This document shows positions 62,669-64,000 of a stretch of DNA of 64,000 nt, in pieces. Below the pieces are notes generated by a model. That model saw only the letters and a list, made by a program, of their open reading frames with translations. It had not been told where the DNA came from and searched no databases. Position 1 is the first letter of the stretch. Each line of letters begins with the position of its first letter. Location of the stretch: positions 111,053 to 175,052 of the forward strand of contig CAWKNZ010000006.1 in NCBI GenBank assembly GCA_963851265.1, given 5' to 3'. This DNA is from an uncultured Gemmatimonadales bacterium (GTDB taxonomy: Bacteria > Gemmatimonadota > Gemmatimonadetes > Gemmatimonadales > Gemmatimonadaceae). The position numbers and the translations under genes were made by a program.

Positions 62669-64000
62669 TCACGGCTGCACCCCCGCCTGCAGCACGACGG
62701 CGGTCGACGCGGACACCGCGAGATCCACCGCGCCCCCCGCAGCGACGGTCACCCGCGTCCCGGCGCACCCGCCGGCCGCGGCGCGGCCGCCGGCGAGCAC
62801 GTCGCAGTAGTCGCCGGGGGCGAGCGCCGAGGTGGCAACCACGTGCGCGGCCGCCGCGCCGCGGTTGATGGCGACGAATCCCTTCGCGCCTCGCGAGAAG
62901 GCGACCGCGTTCTGCCCGTCGTCCCAGTTCCACGTGAGGTCGGTGCCGGCGACCGCGCGCCGGAAGCCCACCATCGCGCGCAGCGTCGGGTCGCGGTGTT
63001 CGCACACCCACTGGCCGACCGCGGCGGTCTCGAGCGACCCGGCGCAGGCGACGGCGTTCGTGTTGCCGGCGCCGTCCGACGGCGGCCCGGCGTCGCGCCC
63101 GGCCTGCGAGCCGCGGTCGAACGCGTAGCTCGACATCACGGACGGGTAGCCGTAGGACTGGCCTAACAGGTACACCATGCCGAGGCGGTACGTCTGCCCG
63201 TTGCGGTAGCCGAGGCCCGGGTTCGTCGCGTCGCGCTGCGTGTCGTGATTCTCGAGGAACACCACGGCCTTGTCGCTCGGGAGGATGCCCCAGTTGGCGA
63301 CGGAGAAGGTCTTGAGGTCGGCCACGCGCTGCGCGCCGGTGTTGAGGAACTTGTCGCTCACGCCGCGCACCTTGAACTCGGTGATGTCCGACGCGCCGCC
63401 GCTCGCGTAGCCGAGGCCGAGGTAGTCGGTCGCGTGCACGGCCTCGCCGCCGTAGTCGATCACCTCGGAGAAGTAGTACGGCAGCGGGCGCCCTTCGGCC
63501 GCGAGCGTGCGGTTCGCGAGGCTGACGACGCTGTCGAGTTCCACGGGCTGCATGTGCTTGGCCGCGTCGAGGCGGAATCCCGCCACGCCGAGCCGCGCGA
63601 GCCCGACGAGGTAGTTGGCGAGCGTCTGCCGAACGCTCGACGCGCCGGTGTTCAGGTCGGCGAGCCCGGTCAGCTCGCAGTCCTGCACGTTCGCCGCGTC
63701 CTGGTAGTTGCTCACCGCGCACGGCGCGTGGAAGTCACCCTGCTGCCACGTCCCCGGGTAGCCGTACTTCGTGTAGACCGTGCCGTTGCTCCCCGTGCCG
63801 GCGCCGGCGGTCATGTGGTTGAGCACCGCGTCGACGTAGATGTCGACCCCCGCCGCCTTGCAGCGGCCCACCATGCTCGCGAACTCGGCCCCGGTCCCCG
63901 AGCGGCTGCGTGCGATGCTGTAGCTGACCGGCTGGTACCGCTGCCACCACGGGAAGCCCGCGATCACGGCAGCCTCCTGCGGCGGCGAGACCTGCACGGC
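62669..64000 (-). CDS. GH13 alpha-amylase (Streptomyces/Pseudoalteromonas-like), 5' end outside the window
   Basis: VQVSPPQE, WWQRYQPVSY, DAVLNHM, GFRLDAAKHM, FSEVID and FLENHDTQR. Confidence 0.93.
   Translation of the reverse strand, partial: AVQVSPPQEAAVIAGFPWWQRYQPVSYSIARSRSGTGAEFASMVGRCKAAGVDIYVDAVLNHMTAGAGTGSNGTVYTKYGYPGTWQQGDFHAPCAVSNYQDAANVQDCELTGLADLNTGASSVRQTLANYLVGLARLGVAGFRLDAAKHMQPVELDSVVSLANRTLAAEGRPLPYYFSEVIDYGGEAVHATDYLGLGYASGGASDITEFKVRGVSDKFLNTGAQRVADLKTFSVANWGILPSDKAVVFLENHDTQRDATNPGLGYRNGQTYRLGMVYLLGQSYGYPSVMSSYAFDRGSQAGRDAGPPSDGAGNTNAVACAGSLETAAVGQWVCEHRDPTLRAMVGFRRAVAGTDLTWNWDDGQNAVAFSRGAKGFVAINRGAAAAHVVATSALAPGDYCDVLAGGRAAAGGCAGTRVTVAAGGAVDLAVSASTAVVLQAGVQP

Overview
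High-GC (roughly 70-75% by eye) bacterial chromosomal window. The gene repertoire (SusC/SusD pair, PEP-CTERM protein, many secreted peptidases, expanded sensor kinases) suggests Gemmatimonadota, Gemmatirosa-like; this taxonomy is an inference. I call about 39 CDS plus one eroded pseudogene. No rRNA, tRNA, CRISPR, integrase or transposase was seen. Left to right: S9 peptidase (5'-truncated); heme ABC importer hmuTUV (minus); PAS kinase; frameshifted Tat-GH43; bphO-bphP-RR-hybrid kinase light-sensing operon; small membrane protein; membrane PAS-GGDEF-EAL; phosphoketolase; secreted hydrolases and peptidases; a collapsed nitrate-reductase-like Mo-enzyme relic; an ethylene-receptor-like (ETR1-type) kinase; acyl-CoA dehydrogenase; a PEP-CTERM protein with thioester-domain motifs; a ROK-associated beta-mannan utilisation locus (esterase, SusC/D, Na+ symporter, GH130, 2-epimerase, GH26, GH3, GH27); alditol oxidase; and the start of a starch locus (two GH13). 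The most unexplained signal is the DNA motif YGTTAGGC(R). I counted 22 exact GTTAGGC copies by hand across both strands, 14 of them written into proteins as the otherwise avoided TTA-GGC (Leu-Gly) codon pair. Other highlights are the ETR1-like kinase, the TED-like PEP-CTERM protein, the linkage of heme import to phytochrome genes, and a REP family. All calls are motif recognition by eye and many start codons are estimates.
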